A stretch of DNA of 64,000 bases from Octopus vulgaris. Taxonomy: Eukaryota. A program made the translations under genes and the position numbers. The stretch lies in the NCBI GenBank assembly GCA_951406725.2, contig OX597816.1, positions 42,904,001 to 42,968,000 of the forward strand, in the 5' to 3' direction. Within the stretch, counting starts at the first letter, position 1. Each line of letters opens with the position of its first letter. The notes under the pieces were generated by a model, which saw only the letters and a list, made by a program, of their open reading frames with translations, was not told the origin of the DNA and did no database searches. Positions 45,392 to 58,881 of the stretch are shown here, one piece after another.

Positions 45392-45600
45392 TTGGTTTCA
45401 AATTTTGACACAAAACCCGCAAATTCAGCGGAGTGGGTAAGTCGTAAGTCGCTTAAACCGACTCATCTTATCGATCCTGAAAAGATGAAAAGGATGAAAG
45501 TCGATCTCGGCGGAATTCGAACTCAGAACGTAAGGACGGACGTAATGACGCTAAGCATTTTGCACGGTGTGCTAACGATTCCGCCAGCTCAACGGCTTGA
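45392..45600 (-). mobile_element. tRNA-derived Nin-domain-like SINE
   Basis: Minus strand gagttcgaattccgccgagatcgactttcatcctt; degenerate relatives near 755-870, 30830-31150, 35100-35230, 50485-50680, 57800-58010, 60250-60380. Confidence 0.65.
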
Positions 45601-45727
45601 TAATAATAATAACATTTCTACTAAATGCACGTGTGTGTATAGTGTAGTATGTGTAGTATCGTGTGTGTATCTGTATGTATGTGTAGCTTGTGAGTGTGTG
45701 TGTTTGCGTGCGTGTGTGTGTGTCCGT

Positions 45728-45789
<62 letters not shown>

Positions 45790-46001
45790 ACCTCCTCGTA
45801 TGTACATATTTGTACATTTACATTTTTCTGAATGTGTTTGTAGCTATCTGTCTATCTACCGATCCATCTACCTATTTCTCTCTCTTCCTTTCTCTCTCCC
45901 TCTCTCTCTGTGCATATAGACATACATATATATACACACATATATATACATATATAAATATATATATATATATATTTGGCTAGGCCTCTTTCTTCCACCT
46001 T

Positions 46002-46033
<32 letters not shown>

Positions 46034-46346
46034 ACTCCTTCTTTGTCTTTATGATGAGATATTTCCAATTACGTATAACAACTTCCAATTATATAGCCTC
46101 ATTAAAATGAAATTTTTAAAATTAGGCATCACACTTCTATTGTCATTTCAGTTTTGTTGCATTCTTTTTAACACATGTACACTCATGTTTACACACAAAT
46201 ATGTTGCTTCTCTTCTAATCTCCTCTTGATATATATATATATATATATATATTAATATATATTAATATACATACATACATATCTATATTACGACATTCAT
46301 TCGTTTAACACACATTTTTATTAATGCAGTAATGCAGCCATATGTG

Positions 46347-46410
<64 letters not shown>

Positions 46411-47203
46411 AGAGATACATATATATGCATATGATTGTGTGTATGTATATATAAATTCAATGTGGACAAGCTGTTCCATATGCCATTAAAACTTTTCTAA
46501 ATGTTACCTTAGCATAATTATAATTCAGAAGAAATAAACACCAGTAAACGATTAACATGCATTATCTGTATTTTTTTTTTCTTGATTATGTTTTCGCTTA
46601 CGTAACATTTGTGCATCAATGTTGAAGGCTTATTATTCGCTATCTTCTTTTTCTTCAGAATTATGCTTATATTAATGCAATATTGTTAGGAATGTTTTGA
46701 TATCGTATTTAACTGCTTATTATCATTCTCTGGACCTGTGCGCTTTCTATAGCCAGTCATCACTTGACGCGCTGGAATATTTTCCTATGAATGGACGATG
46801 GATGAGATTTGCGAAGTAGATCTCTTTCGAGCTCGTATGTATTTTAGCTACTCGGCGCGAACCACCAAGGGTACACATATCAATATTCATATGACTTCAA
46901 GACGTCCATGTCAGCTAACATTTTCTCAAGCGCAGCGTTAATCTTTACGCTCTCCACCTTACAATGCATCAAGCTGTTCATTAAGTTCCTAAAACAGACG
47001 CGAAAAAGACAAATGAAATAGTCAAATTTAGCCGGAACACAGTATAATGCAAGAAATGAAGTGACTAGAAATATAACTCCATATTAATGGTACATATTAC
47101 ATCGTGAGAGTTTCGATTACTATCTCTACATTATATATATGCGAAAGTATTGTGAATATGATAGAAAATATATAAATGCAGGTAATCAAAATGAAACGAC
47201 ACA

Positions 47204-47422
47204 TATTCGGTGCTGAAAAAAAACCTGGCTTTAAGGCTATCTCGAAAGGCCTGGGTGGAGGCCTAACCTTCCGAGTTCAATTACTGGTCTTAGAAAATCT
47301 GAAAGAATGCTGCAATTAGTGCGTGAAACAGAGAGAAGAGTGTGTTGAATAAAATCATAAGTAACTGATCCTTCTCTATTTTCTTTTACCCACAGCCAGT
47401 AACTTTTCCTCATCCCCTCGTA
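47204..47422. mobile_element. mariner-type MITE (inverted relative of 7781-7998)
   Basis: gtgctgaaaa..cctggcttt and cagccagtaacttttc..cccctcgta termini; shared internal sequence. Confidence 0.68.
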
Positions 47423-47649
47423 GTTATATGTTGGACAGAAAATTTAGGTTCTTTAAGCTCTGGCCTCTAACTTTAATTTCGTCTCTACTTTGTACATGTT
47501 TTCTCCATCTAGGCATTTCATGTAGGCATTCTGTATTGATTTCTCCTTATAATATTTCATCTTTTGAATTCATTTTCCATCAACCTTCTCCCTTTTTTCT
47601 CGTAATACCATTCGTAACTTACATACGTAAATATTTTAACGTTAGCTTC

Positions 47650-47688
<39 letters not shown>

Positions 47689-47829
47689 ACCAACATCTCA
47701 TTTATATGTGTCTCTGGATATGTCCAAATCTTCCATTATGCTTTCCCCTGTATTTTCGAAACTACGCATACTGATTACTATTTTAAATATTTCCTCTTTA
47801 AAAAAATCACCTTCACTTCCTTCACTACC

Positions 47830-49295
47830 AGAGCTTCATCTTTCCTGAAAGAGGATCCCCTCTTAGACACCTTCCATCACTGTCTATCTCTGGACATTTG
47901 TGGCCAGTAGGCTCCAGGTAGCAGTTGATATCATCTCGCCATCTTGTCGTTGGTCGACCTCTTAATCTTGTTTACTGTATTAGTGTCCTTTCTTTCGCCC
48001 TTATTGTCCATTTGCTGTCCTTCATCCGCTCATTGTGGTTAGCCCATCTACATATTTTCTCCTCGGTGGTTCTTATGATGTCCTAGACCCTCGTGTTCCG
48101 TCGTATCCAGGCGTCGGTTTTCTTGTCCGACAATATGATGCTGAGCATGATTCGTTCCGTTTTCCTTTGGGCCACAACGAGGGCGTCTGTGATGGTTGTA
48201 TTAGGAGCCCATGTTTCACTGCCATAAATCATCACTGGCTGGATGTACTCATTGACGACCTTTCTTTTCATTTTCATGAAATGCTTGAGATTTTTGTAAA
48301 ATATTCCAAGTTGTATTGCACCAGATGATCTCACAATTATCCAGTCTCCTTTCGTCATACCATCAGAGACGAGAGTGAACATCAACCGACTTAAGTGAGA
48401 CGAGGCACCTGGCGAAGACGACGTTTCTGCTGACATTTTTCTGAACGGTAGAGAGTCCATCATGACGATGATCACCAAGTTGTTTCACAGACGCTTCAAA
48501 GTAGGCAAAATCTGCAACTGTTGAAAGAATGCAATAGCAGTCTTGCCTTAAAAGAAAGATGACAGAACGAATACAATATCCCGTTCCGTCTTGCCTTTGT
48601 TAACTATGAGGAGTCCTTTAACTCCATAGAATTCACGTCGATCCTTTCAACACTGAAGAACCAAGAAGTACACCCTGCCTACACTGAAATATTAAAACCT
48701 CTTTACAGCCGTGTACCATTCACCTTCAGGCTACACCAAGGTAGTGATGAGATGAAGCTGGTAAGGGGAGCAACGAAAGGTGACAGCCTCTCACCGAAGT
48801 TGCTTACATCGTGCCTGCAAGATACTGTCACCAATAAAATCCAATGAGACAAGAAAGGAATCAATATTGCCGGAGAACAACAGCGCCACCTGGATTTCAC
48901 CGATATCTCGAAATCGCATCCACCTAAGGAATTGCAAGAAAGGATCACATGTACCCACAACTACAAGTCAACCTGTCGGCGTCAATATGACCCGCGGAAA
49001 CACCAAGGTCATTTTCAATAGGTACGATATGCCACCGCTCACCACCGTAAACGGAAAATGATGGAAGAGGTAGTCAGCCTACAAGTCAACCTGTCGGCGT
49101 CAATATGACCCGCGGAAAGACCAAGGTCATTTTTAATAGGTACGCTATGCCACCACCCACCATGATAGAAGAGGTAGTCAGCTATGTTTACCTAAGTTAG
49201 ATGGTGACGAAAGACAGATATTTCCTCCGGAGACCAAAAGAAGAGTAGCGTTTGGTTGGGTGGCCTTTGGGAATGTGAAAAACCTTGCGGGGAAA
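47830..49295. mobile_element. RTE-clade LINE remnant with internal inversion
   Basis: Plus strand 48335-49295: APGEDD, DYEESFNSI, KGDSLSPKL, YVYL, RRVAFGWVAFG. Minus strand 47830-48310: KRKVVNEYIQPVMIYGSETW..IRRNTRV. ~117 bp tandem duplication at 48961-49182. Confidence 0.8.
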
Positions 49296-50786
49296 ATAAT
49301 CACCAATCAATGAAAATCTGCAGTTGAGAAATGATAAGCCCTTTATTATATTCATGATGCTCTACAAACAACACCAATTCCTAAACCGGTCCAACCTGTT
49401 ATTCATTTGACAGATTCGTAAGTGCAAACTGTATGACCCTGGGGCACGAATTGTTGCAATCGTATATATGTATGTATATTTATGTGTGTGTGTGAGGGTG
49501 TGCTGAAGTGTATATTGAGCGTGTATATAAATGTATATGCGTGTGTATGTTAGACCTGACTGTATCAATCTGTGTGTGGTTGTTTGAGCATTGTTTATAT
49601 AATTGTGTGCAAACCTGTATTTGATAACCAGGTTATGAAATACCAAATAGCTAATGGAACTGAGATAATTTGTTTCAACATTAACTACATATATCTATCG
49701 TATAAACTTACTCTCAATTTTCTATTACAACTTAAAGGAGATCAAAAATTCATACTAATGTAAAAATTAGTCAATGTTCAACAACTTTTATAATTGAAAA
49801 TATTTCATTCCAAAAATCACATTTTTTTGCTTTTTACCAATTTTTATTAAAGTTATGAAAACTGTTAATAACATTTCTTCAGTCATTTAATGTTCTACTA
49901 AGAATCATTTCTGATAAGTCAGCCAAACATTTATTGCTTCTTAGAATATAATATCGAAAATGGATGTTTGTGTTATTGTGTTTCTTTTCTTTTGTTCATC
50001 TGAATTACAAAAATGTATTATATTCCGAAGAATTGATTGCTTTTATTCAATCTAACATATTTTAGTATCAATTTTTAAAATATTTGGTTGTGTTGATTGT
50101 TTTGTAGAGGTTCTGCTTTGTTTTCATTTGTATTTGAAATTCGATATTGATTTTCGTGTCACAGTTTTCCAACTCGGAATGCAGCGCATGTAACAAATAA
50201 TGTTTCTACTTAGTTATCATGCGTATTTACTGCTAGAAGTTATTCTGTTTTATGAGCGTCCCTTAGAACATTGACAAATTCGATATCGTCTCAACATCAA
50301 AATTTTCTCTTTGTCTCCCTCTGCCTTCCTTACCTTTTGTCTCTATCACTCTCATGCCGATATGTGCGTATGTGTGTATTTAAATTATGAATACACTAGA
50401 CGTATACTATATGTATGTGAATAAATGGTAGATATATATGCATTATTAATAAATACATGCAATTTATATATGTAAGGCTGTAAGCTGGCAGGATATTTAT
50501 CACGTCAGACGAAGAAATGCTTAGCAACGTTTCACCTGTCTTCTGAGTTCAAATTCCGTAGATGTTGACGTTACACATTATGCTTTCAATGGTAGATAAC
50601 TACCAGCTGATTACAGTGATCGATTATAATCGACTTATCCTCACCCACAAAATAGCTTATGCCAAAAATTAAAGCAAATATATAATACTATATATGAAAT
50701 ATTATAGTTCTATATTTAAGGGATGAGGAATTATGTACGTTATATTATTTATATTTGACGGATATTTCTCCACATCTTCTTTTGTG

Positions 50787-50835
50787 TTAACTCAACGTTT
50801 CGGCAGATGTGCCCTCCAGCCTTCATCGGGTGCCT
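50787..50835 (-). ncRNA. Minimal type-I hammerhead ribozyme motif
   Basis: GGCAC-CCGATGA-A-GGC..GCC-GAA-ACGT-T-GAGTT (GTGTT in the inverted tail copy, which restores stem I). Confidence 0.72.
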
Positions 50836-50915
50836 TGGAGATATTTCGAACCTGGGTTCTCATTACCATGGCATTTTTAGAAGTTATTATTATTGTTGTT
50901 GTTGTTATTATTATT

Positions 50916-51424
50916 CTATGTTTACCTTTTGCTTTATGTCTGTACAAGTTGGCTCCAAGTCTCACCCAGAGACCTCAAGAGACAACAGGTTGGAAGTTCT
51001 GTGCCATATATTTGGGGGTTTTTTTGTGTTGTACTAGTGAATGTCTAATACATAAAAAAAATAATAAATAAATAAATAAATAAATAAAAAGTTTGTTTTA
51101 AACCTTGGGATTACATAGAGAGTATTTTGCGTAGGATATGAGCAGTTCCCATGAGCACTATCTTTTGAATTTCTGCCATTTTGGGGATTCCTGGTATCTG
51201 AGTTAGGTAGCAATCAGTCCCTTTCGCTATCATTCCCAGGGCACCTATGACAACAGGTATTGTTTTAGTCTTCAGCTTCCACATTTTGATGATTTCTATT
51301 TCAAGATCTTTATATTTGCTCAGTTTTTGGTAGGTCTTGACAGATACGTTTATATCGATTGGGACAGTCATATCAATGAGGAGGCATGTTCTTTGTCTGA
51401 AGTCTTTCAATATGATATCTGGCC

Positions 51425-51428
<4 letters not shown>
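50916..51428 (-). mobile_element. R4/Dong-like LINE 3' fragment (restriction-like endonuclease) in (TAA)n
   Basis: NRPDII..CLLIDMTVP..KLSKYKDLEIEI..MW..IPVVIGALG..IQKIVLMGTAHILRKIL, then 3' UTR; (AAT)n on both sides. Confidence 0.88.
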
Positions 51429-51511
<83 letters not shown>

Positions 51512-52091
51512 TTATTATTATTCAGGTAACTGCTTGGAATCGAACTCAGAATCTTAGGGTTAGTAGCCCGCGCTCTTAAGCACTACGCCATATGCTGTTG
51601 TGTTAACAACAAACAAGAAGCGGACAAATATCCGTCAAATGTAAATAAGGTAAATAATGAAATATTATGTATGAATATGTAAATGTAGTTTTATATGAGT
51701 ATATGCATGAATTTGTCCCTTTATGTGTGTTTGTGTGTGTGTCATTGTGTGTCATTGTGTGTCTGTGTGTGTCTCTCTGCTTGAGTGTCTTCATATGTAT
51801 AAAGACGTATAACGTAGGAAATTCAAACGTAAATATATTTCATATCCAACAGAAACCGTAATAGTTACAACTACGCTTAAGCTAGATTTGAAGCATTAGT
51901 GTACTCATGAAGTTTTATATATATCTACGTTTATACGTATTATATCTACTACGTATAATGTATACGCAAATGTATAAGTGTTCTGCGAAACGTGTAAAAT
52001 AATTTATTACGCTGCGGAACAGTCGTTGTACTACGGAGATCACGTGGTTAAATGAATAAATTCAACTCTCATACCACTTGACTTTTTATGG

Positions 52092-52149
<58 letters not shown>

Positions 52150-52151
<2 letters not shown>

Positions 52152-52336
52152 GACAATTCACATACAAAATAAAAGACGAAGACAGGTGGTGTAGAAAATA
52201 AACAGATGTATTAGCACAACGCTCGGAATGTGAAAAAGTCTTTAACGTTTCGAGACTACGCTCTTCCACAGAAAGGAAATACAGAAAGATGCAAGGAAAG
52301 AAAATCAAGAATGGGTAGTGTCTAGCGATCTATCAT
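52150..52336 (-). mobile_element. Solo pLTR-like repeat with HHR-like motif (same family as 6320-6515)
   Basis: Minus strand ctgtggaagagcgtagtctcgaaacgtt plus shared gatagatcgctag..cctgtcttcgtcttt. Confidence 0.7.
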
Positions 52337-52430
52337 ATATACACTGCGGTTTCTGAGTTATTTTCTTTTCCTCGGCACAATATATATATAAATATATGCA
52401 CATATATGTATGTATATGCATGTATATATG

Positions 52431-52483
<53 letters not shown>

Positions 52484-52888
52484 CTGTATCTGGAAATTTT
52501 ATAGGCGGTAACACTGGGTAGATATGGTCTTTTTCTAACATTTTTGCCGTAAGAAAGAATTTTTTTCTCCACGGTAACTGCAGCGAATTTGAGTTTGAAT
52601 ATTGAAATATGTTACGAACATATTTTCATTAATCTAAAGTTTCTTTAACTCTAAAGACTGTTTGGCGCTAATACTGTTGAATGCGTGCGTGTGTGTGTGT
52701 GAGTGTTGTGTGACTGTGTGTATATATATGTATATATATATATATCTTTATTCACACACATACATATATATTCGTGTGTGTGTGTGTGACGCGCACTACC
52801 TTCAAATTCAATGTGTTACGCTCTAATTCCTCGATCAACTAGTTAGAGACCGTGTCTTTGCTTCATGAACTCATAAACACAGAGACAT

Positions 52889-53950
52889 TGTTGCTGGCTC
52901 TCGCTTCCTCTTGCTTGCTCTCGCTAGCTCTTGTTGGCTCTCACTAATTTATAATGCTTTGTTTGATGTATTATATACGTGGGATTTTACATTATTGAAG
53001 AAGCACAAAATGGACGCATCTAATGACCGTAATATCCTACGTGCGAAACCATCAAAATTATTTTGAAAAATAAATGGCGTCATTTTATTATTTAATACCA
53101 CGACGTCATTCAACGATGATGGAGTTCAAACGTCGAGCTCTTGTCTTCTTTATATGCGCACATATATAAAAATCTGTGTTTTGTACGTATTTCTATTAGA
53201 TCACAAAAGCACTGACAGAGAAAGCACTCAATTGGTATATATGGAAAATTGTAGTTCATTCCTACAACAGAAGTTTTGCAAGATAAAATGCAGTACTGCT
53301 AGTCCACAACTTCTGCAGACAATATGATGGCGCCAGCAAAACTGCGAAGTTACTGTCATATTGCTCTAATAATATGTATGTACGTATATGTACATGCATA
53401 TGTATCCATTATGTATGCAAAAGTGTTTACGTATAAGCGTGTATATGTGTGTGTGTGTGTGTGTGCGTGTGCATGAGTGTGTGAGTATGTGTGTGCGTAT
53501 GTATTAAAATACTGATAATTTTCAACAATACATTTAAAGCAAGCATTAAATGTGTTCAAACGTCAATAATCCTTAGAACTTGATCCCAGCTTTATAATTT
53601 TGATGGTTGCCAACTGCAGTCACTTCATATTTAAAGACTAAAGAATTATTAAATATAGGCATTATAGGGTTAATAACATATCAAAGAAAAGAAGAAAAGA
53701 GCTCGACGTTTGAACTCCATCATCGTCGAATGACGTCGTGGTATTAAATAATAAAATGACGCCATTTATTTTTCAAAATAATTTTGATGGTTTCGCACGT
53801 AGGATATTAAGGTCATTAGATGCGTCCATTCTGTGCTTCTTCAATAATGTAAAATCCCACATGTATAATACCTCAAATAAAGTACTATGAATCAACGAGA
53901 GCCAACAAGAGCTAGCGAGAGAAAACAAGACGAAGCGAGAGCCAGCAACA
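52889..53950. repeat. ~260 bp inverted repeat with ~540 bp spacer (foldback-like element)
   Basis: 52889-53151 is the reverse complement of ~53688-53950; arms contain agcgagag subrepeats. Confidence 0.85.
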
Positions 53951-54744
53951 GACAGCGAGATCTAGCGAGAGTCAACGACGCGGGGGTGATCTTGCGAGGG
54001 CGATTGAGGGAACATCCCTTATACAAGAAATAACAGCACTGTATACTTTTATCTTATTCTGCTATTTTAAGTATGAAAAGTTGTAACTTCATATACACTG
54101 TATTTCAACAAAACACGGAACTAGTGCTGTTTAGAATGATTTTACTCTGAACCTGATCCATTCAAGGTGAACTAGAAGAGACAATAATAACAGGTAATTA
54201 TTTAAGAACCAGCGAATGAGACATGCCCCCAGCATCGGTGATCGTTCTGACGTAAATATTAGAGACAAAATGAATCACAAACGACGCCAGACAATTTTAC
54301 ACACCAAGAAACAAAACACTAAATAATGTAGACTCTCATATAAAAGTTATAATAGATCAGTTTGCAGCTTGAAAGATTTAGTTTGCAAACGTGAACAGAG
54401 AGGGCGCAAAGAAATCTATAAAATCAACAGCAAAAATGCTACACAGCTTTTGCAAATGTAAGTACACACATACAAACCTACTCGTATAGAGAGAGATAGA
54501 GATTTAAGTGTCTTCAACACACGTGTAACATTCTGAGTATATTACTCTGTCGATTTGGTTATCAACTAATTTCTATATACGGGTGCATGCACGTGCATAT
54601 ATTTTTATTTATATATGTTTATATATGTATATTTTATATATGTTAATATTGATGTAATATCTATTACATAACTAACGAGTGTACGAAACAGGTGTGAACG
54701 AATGAAATAAACATCTGCTTTCTCACCTTATATCTTTCATCTCT

Positions 54745-54809
<65 letters not shown>

Positions 54810-54838
54810 GAGAGAGAGAGATGAAGTGGTTCAGCATG

Positions 54839-54878
<40 letters not shown>

Positions 54879-55019
54879 TTATTTAACATGCTGGACCGCT
54901 ATTTTTTCCTCTCTCCGTATTTCTTTCATTCTAAATCAGTGACAGTGGTTGCTGTGAAAAACGTTAAATATTATTTGCAAGGGGTCTCCTTCATAGAAAA
55001 CCGGTGCTTACCATGCGTT

Positions 55020-55378
55020 GACGAGAGGCAATTACCTTGAAACTATAATCCGTATGTAGTACTTAGGTTTTCGAGGGAGGATTACCTCCCTTTGCAAATA
55101 ACACAAGGGCACTGAGATTGTGTCTAAAGTCCATCTGGTGACGTTGATCGCCTGGGGCTAAAAGCATCAGTAACACCCCACCCCCAGTGGCTAGCCACAT
55201 TCAGATGGCTAGTACACCTTACGTCTCTTTTCTTTGTTTACTCTTAATCCTTTTAGTTGAAGAGCGTAGGCTCGAAAGGCAAAACACTTTAAGATTCTTC
55301 CCGGGCGTTAAGCTAATGCACCTGCTTGTTGTTCATACACCTGTCTTCGTCTTTTTTCAATCCTTAATTTTGAACTAT
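55020..55378 (+). mobile_element. PLE 3' remnant: end of GIY-YIG plus HHR-like pLTR
   Basis: HLVTLIAWG* resembles the LxTLxPxGLN C-terminus; followed by ttgaagagcgtaggctcgaaa and the family tail. Confidence 0.55.
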
Positions 55379-55390
55379 ATACATACATAT

Positions 55391-55443
<53 letters not shown>

Positions 55444-57162
55444 AACATCTATATGATTTCAACGGTTATGCGGAAATTCTGCAGCTGTTTTAACGCAGTT
55501 ATTAAACATTGCCATCGATAGAGATAAATTTTGTTGAATTAAAAGTAAATGCCAATACGATTATGCAATTTCCACTATGGGAGATATGCTTCGTATCCTA
55601 ATCTCCTTTCGAAAATAAATAAATTAATTAATTGAAACCGATAAATCTACTTTCTCGCGTCATATAGATTCATAATGCCAGTTTCCCGAATTCTGTAAAG
55701 TGTACATCCCTGCTTAGACGCGACGCTGTTACATAGCAGAATTTCGCCTTTCTGCCAGGTAAATGGCCTGCAAGAAATTGAAATGAAATATTTTGCTCAA
55801 GAATCCATCGGATCCCGCAGTCCATGAATCGAAACCGCGATCTTACAATCATGAGTCGAACGCCCCTAACTACTAAGCCAGACGCCCCCGCCTTCGAAAC
55901 TTAATTAATATTACCTGAATGATATTAATATTATTTTGATTTCGTCGATGATTTATTCACGAAGAACATTTTTAAAAACTCTACAAATTTGGTGGGGTTT
56001 TTGTTGTTATTTTTTTAAGGAAGCAGGACGTCGGTAGAAATTCTTGCCGTTGCTTTGTTCATTATTTCGTTATCCCTTTTCCCTCCATCTTCTTTGCCCA
56101 CAATAATTGGGGGGGGGGTAGGATCTGCCGGCATGTCCTTTATAAGGTCCTATTAGAGGCAAACTTCAATAGACTTTCCAGCTGGATTCTACACTGTGAC
56201 CAATTAAGGCTTCGGATATTATCCAAAGATTTCATACTCGGTCTGACCCTACATATCTTGCCTTTCGGCACGACTTTCCTGCGACAGCTTAATCACTCGT
56301 CTGTCGTACCGGAGTTATCACTTCACAATGCAGAGAAGTAGCGGCGCGATCTGAAGAGACTCCCTGACCTCCGGGCTACATATCCTATCGAGTAATGTTA
56401 CTCCAGAAGTCCTACGGAGGTACCCGACTTCCCCTTTCTATTCACGATCATTCTCATTGGTTCATGGTTTTCGATTGCGTTATCATTTATCATTCATCTT
56501 TTTCTTGCTTCAGCTATAAAATTATTGCCATGCTGTAGTACTGGCTTGGTGGATATGGTTGATCAAATCACACCCCATTCCCAGTACTCAGTTTTTCAAG
56601 CCTGGAAATTATTCTATCAAAATCTTTTGCCGAGCCGCTAAGGTATAAGGATATAAACAAAGTCGTAGTGGGGCGGGAGGGGGAGTAAATCACAAACACA
56701 AAGACACACGTTCAGATATATACATACATACATATATATGTATGTGTGTAAATATACATACATACGTATATATATGTATATACACATAAATGTATATGCA
56801 TATATGTGTGTGTGTGTGTATTTATCTATATATATTCGTATACTCTCTTACTTCTCGTCTACCAAATCCACTCATAAGGCATTAGTTGGTCTGGGCCCTT
56901 GTAGAAGATACTCGTTAAAGCTGCCACTCGATGGGACTGAACTCAGGATCACATAGATGGGAAGCAATCTTCTCGACATCTCAGCCATACCTGTCCCTCT
57001 ATTATATAGTATTTACAAGTCTTGTTTTTTTGTGAGGGGGGCTCCAAATTTGGTAATCATGTAGCTAAATATGAATATATGTAAAATCAACAGCCAAAGA
57101 TCGAAAACATCGTTAATTCTCAATACAGTCAGTAGCAACCACACCACCGACAACAAAACAAC

Positions 57163-57352
57163 GGTGGAGGCGCAATGGTCCAGTGGTTAGGGCAGCAGAC
57201 ACGCGGTCATAAGAACGCGGCTTCGATTCCCAGACTGAGCATTGTGAGTGTTTATTGAACAAAAACACCTAAGCTCCACGAGGCTCCGGATGTGGGGGTG
57301 ATCCCTGCTGTACTCTTTCACCACAACTTTCTCTCACTCTTTCTTCCTACTT
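57163..57352 (+). mobile_element. tRNA-derived SINE head/body (family of 13512-13898)
   Basis: gtggaggcgcaatggtccagtggttagg..cttcgattccc..ctctcactct. Confidence 0.8.
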
Positions 57353-58556
57353 CTACCACAAAGCAGAGGAACCATGGTGTAACCCACTATGGTGTGGTAA
57401 ACTTTCAGACACCAGTCTACATTGCGAATCCTCTGTACCCCAGGATGGTTCAGCTCTCCACCCGTTAAAAGCCACCGTTTACAGAATGAGAATAACAACG
57501 TAGCTTTCACGCCCGTGCAACCACTAGTCTATTGCCTGTGGTGGGTGAATCTTCAAGTTGCCGCACGCATTCTTAGTAGCTTAGAATAGGCTCGAATTAG
57601 AGATTATTCTTTGTGGCTAATGAATAATGAGTCCCGTTTGGGAGAAGAAGACAACAACAACGAAAACAATAAGAGCAGCAGCAGCAACAGCAACAGCGAC
57701 AACTATAACAATAACGAAACGAGGAATTAATAGAATTTAAATAACACTAAATAAATGTTATAACAGCTACAATACATAACCATCACCGACAATAATATTT
57801 GGCACGAAAACAGCCGCAAGGCCTGGAATTTGGGGTAAAGGATTATTCAGATAAATTGTCCCTTGTACTTGATTTTTACTGTACGTTATTGATCCAGAAA
57901 GGATTAAGGTCAAATTCGACCTTGGAAGGATTTGAACTCAGAACGTCAAAAGGTAAATACTGTAAAGTATTTTCTAATCATTTCCAAGGATATCGCTAAT
58001 CCGCTACCCTAATATCAACAGTAATAGTTATCAGTGTCAGACAGATGCAAATGATTAAACTAAACGGAATTAATAATTGTATACTATTTAATTCATAGAC
58101 CGGAGACAGTTCAAAGTACGGGATAAAGGCAGAATAAAACGAAACACATGAACATGAATCATGATGATGATTGTTATGAAGATAACTATGATAATGATGA
58201 TGATGATGACTTACGACGACACGGTGGAGCAGGAGATGGGATCCGACGACGAGGACGGCTATGAAGCGGTAGCAGTGGTGATAAGGACAATGGATGTAGC
58301 GGTCTAAGTCCTTGGTCTCACAGATAAAGTCTGATTGCTCTGATCAATGATTGAAGGCATTCCCTAATGAGATTCCCGTCTTCTTGCTGTTTCTTCGAAG
58401 AAGACGGATTATATTATCAAACGTGTTTTCTTACACTGTAAGACGCATGTGTAATATGAGGGAAATTTGACTGTTGTATTGTTAAACAGATTGATGGACC
58501 ACGTATGGAGTCCCTGACAGTTGGTGTTTGTTTTATTGAGCCTAAGATTTCCATTG

Positions 58557-58881
58557 GTGGAGGCGCAATGGCCCAGTGGTTAGGGCAGCGGATTTGCAGT
58601 CGGAGGATCACGGTTTCGATTCCCAGACCGGGGGTTGTGTGTGTTTATTGAGCGAAAACACATAAAAAGCTCCACGAAGCTCCGGCAGGGGTTGGTGATG
58701 TCCCCTGTTGTACTCTTTCGCCCCAACTTTCTCTCACTCTCTCTTCCTGTTTCTTGAGTAACGCTGCGATGGACTGGCGTCCCGTCCTGCTGAGGAGAAC
58801 CAATATCCTACAGAAACCGGGAAACCAGGCCCTTTTCAAGCCTGGCTAGGCTTGAAAGGGGCACATAAATAAATAAATAAC
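58557..58881 (+). mobile_element. tRNA-derived SINE with alternative tail, 10-bp TSD
   Basis: Same head as 13512-13898; tail ctgcgatggactggcgtcccgtcc..(AAAT)n; TSD atttccattg at 58547-58556 and 58882-58891. Confidence 0.87.

Larger units (their letters stand above)
50700..51660 (-). mobile_element. tRNA-headed SINE-like element with HHR/pLTR tail and 5' inverted tail copy
   Basis: tRNA-like head 51523-51595, (AAT)n linker, second B-box-like GGTTCGAAAT at 50843-50852, HHR at 50787-50835, tail to ~50700; 51597-51660 is an inverted copy of the tail. Confidence 0.72.

Noticed and set aside
51523-51595. Functional tRNA gene
   Set aside because: Acceptor and anticodon stems pair poorly, there is no oligo-T terminator, and it is embedded in a repeat; treated as a SINE head
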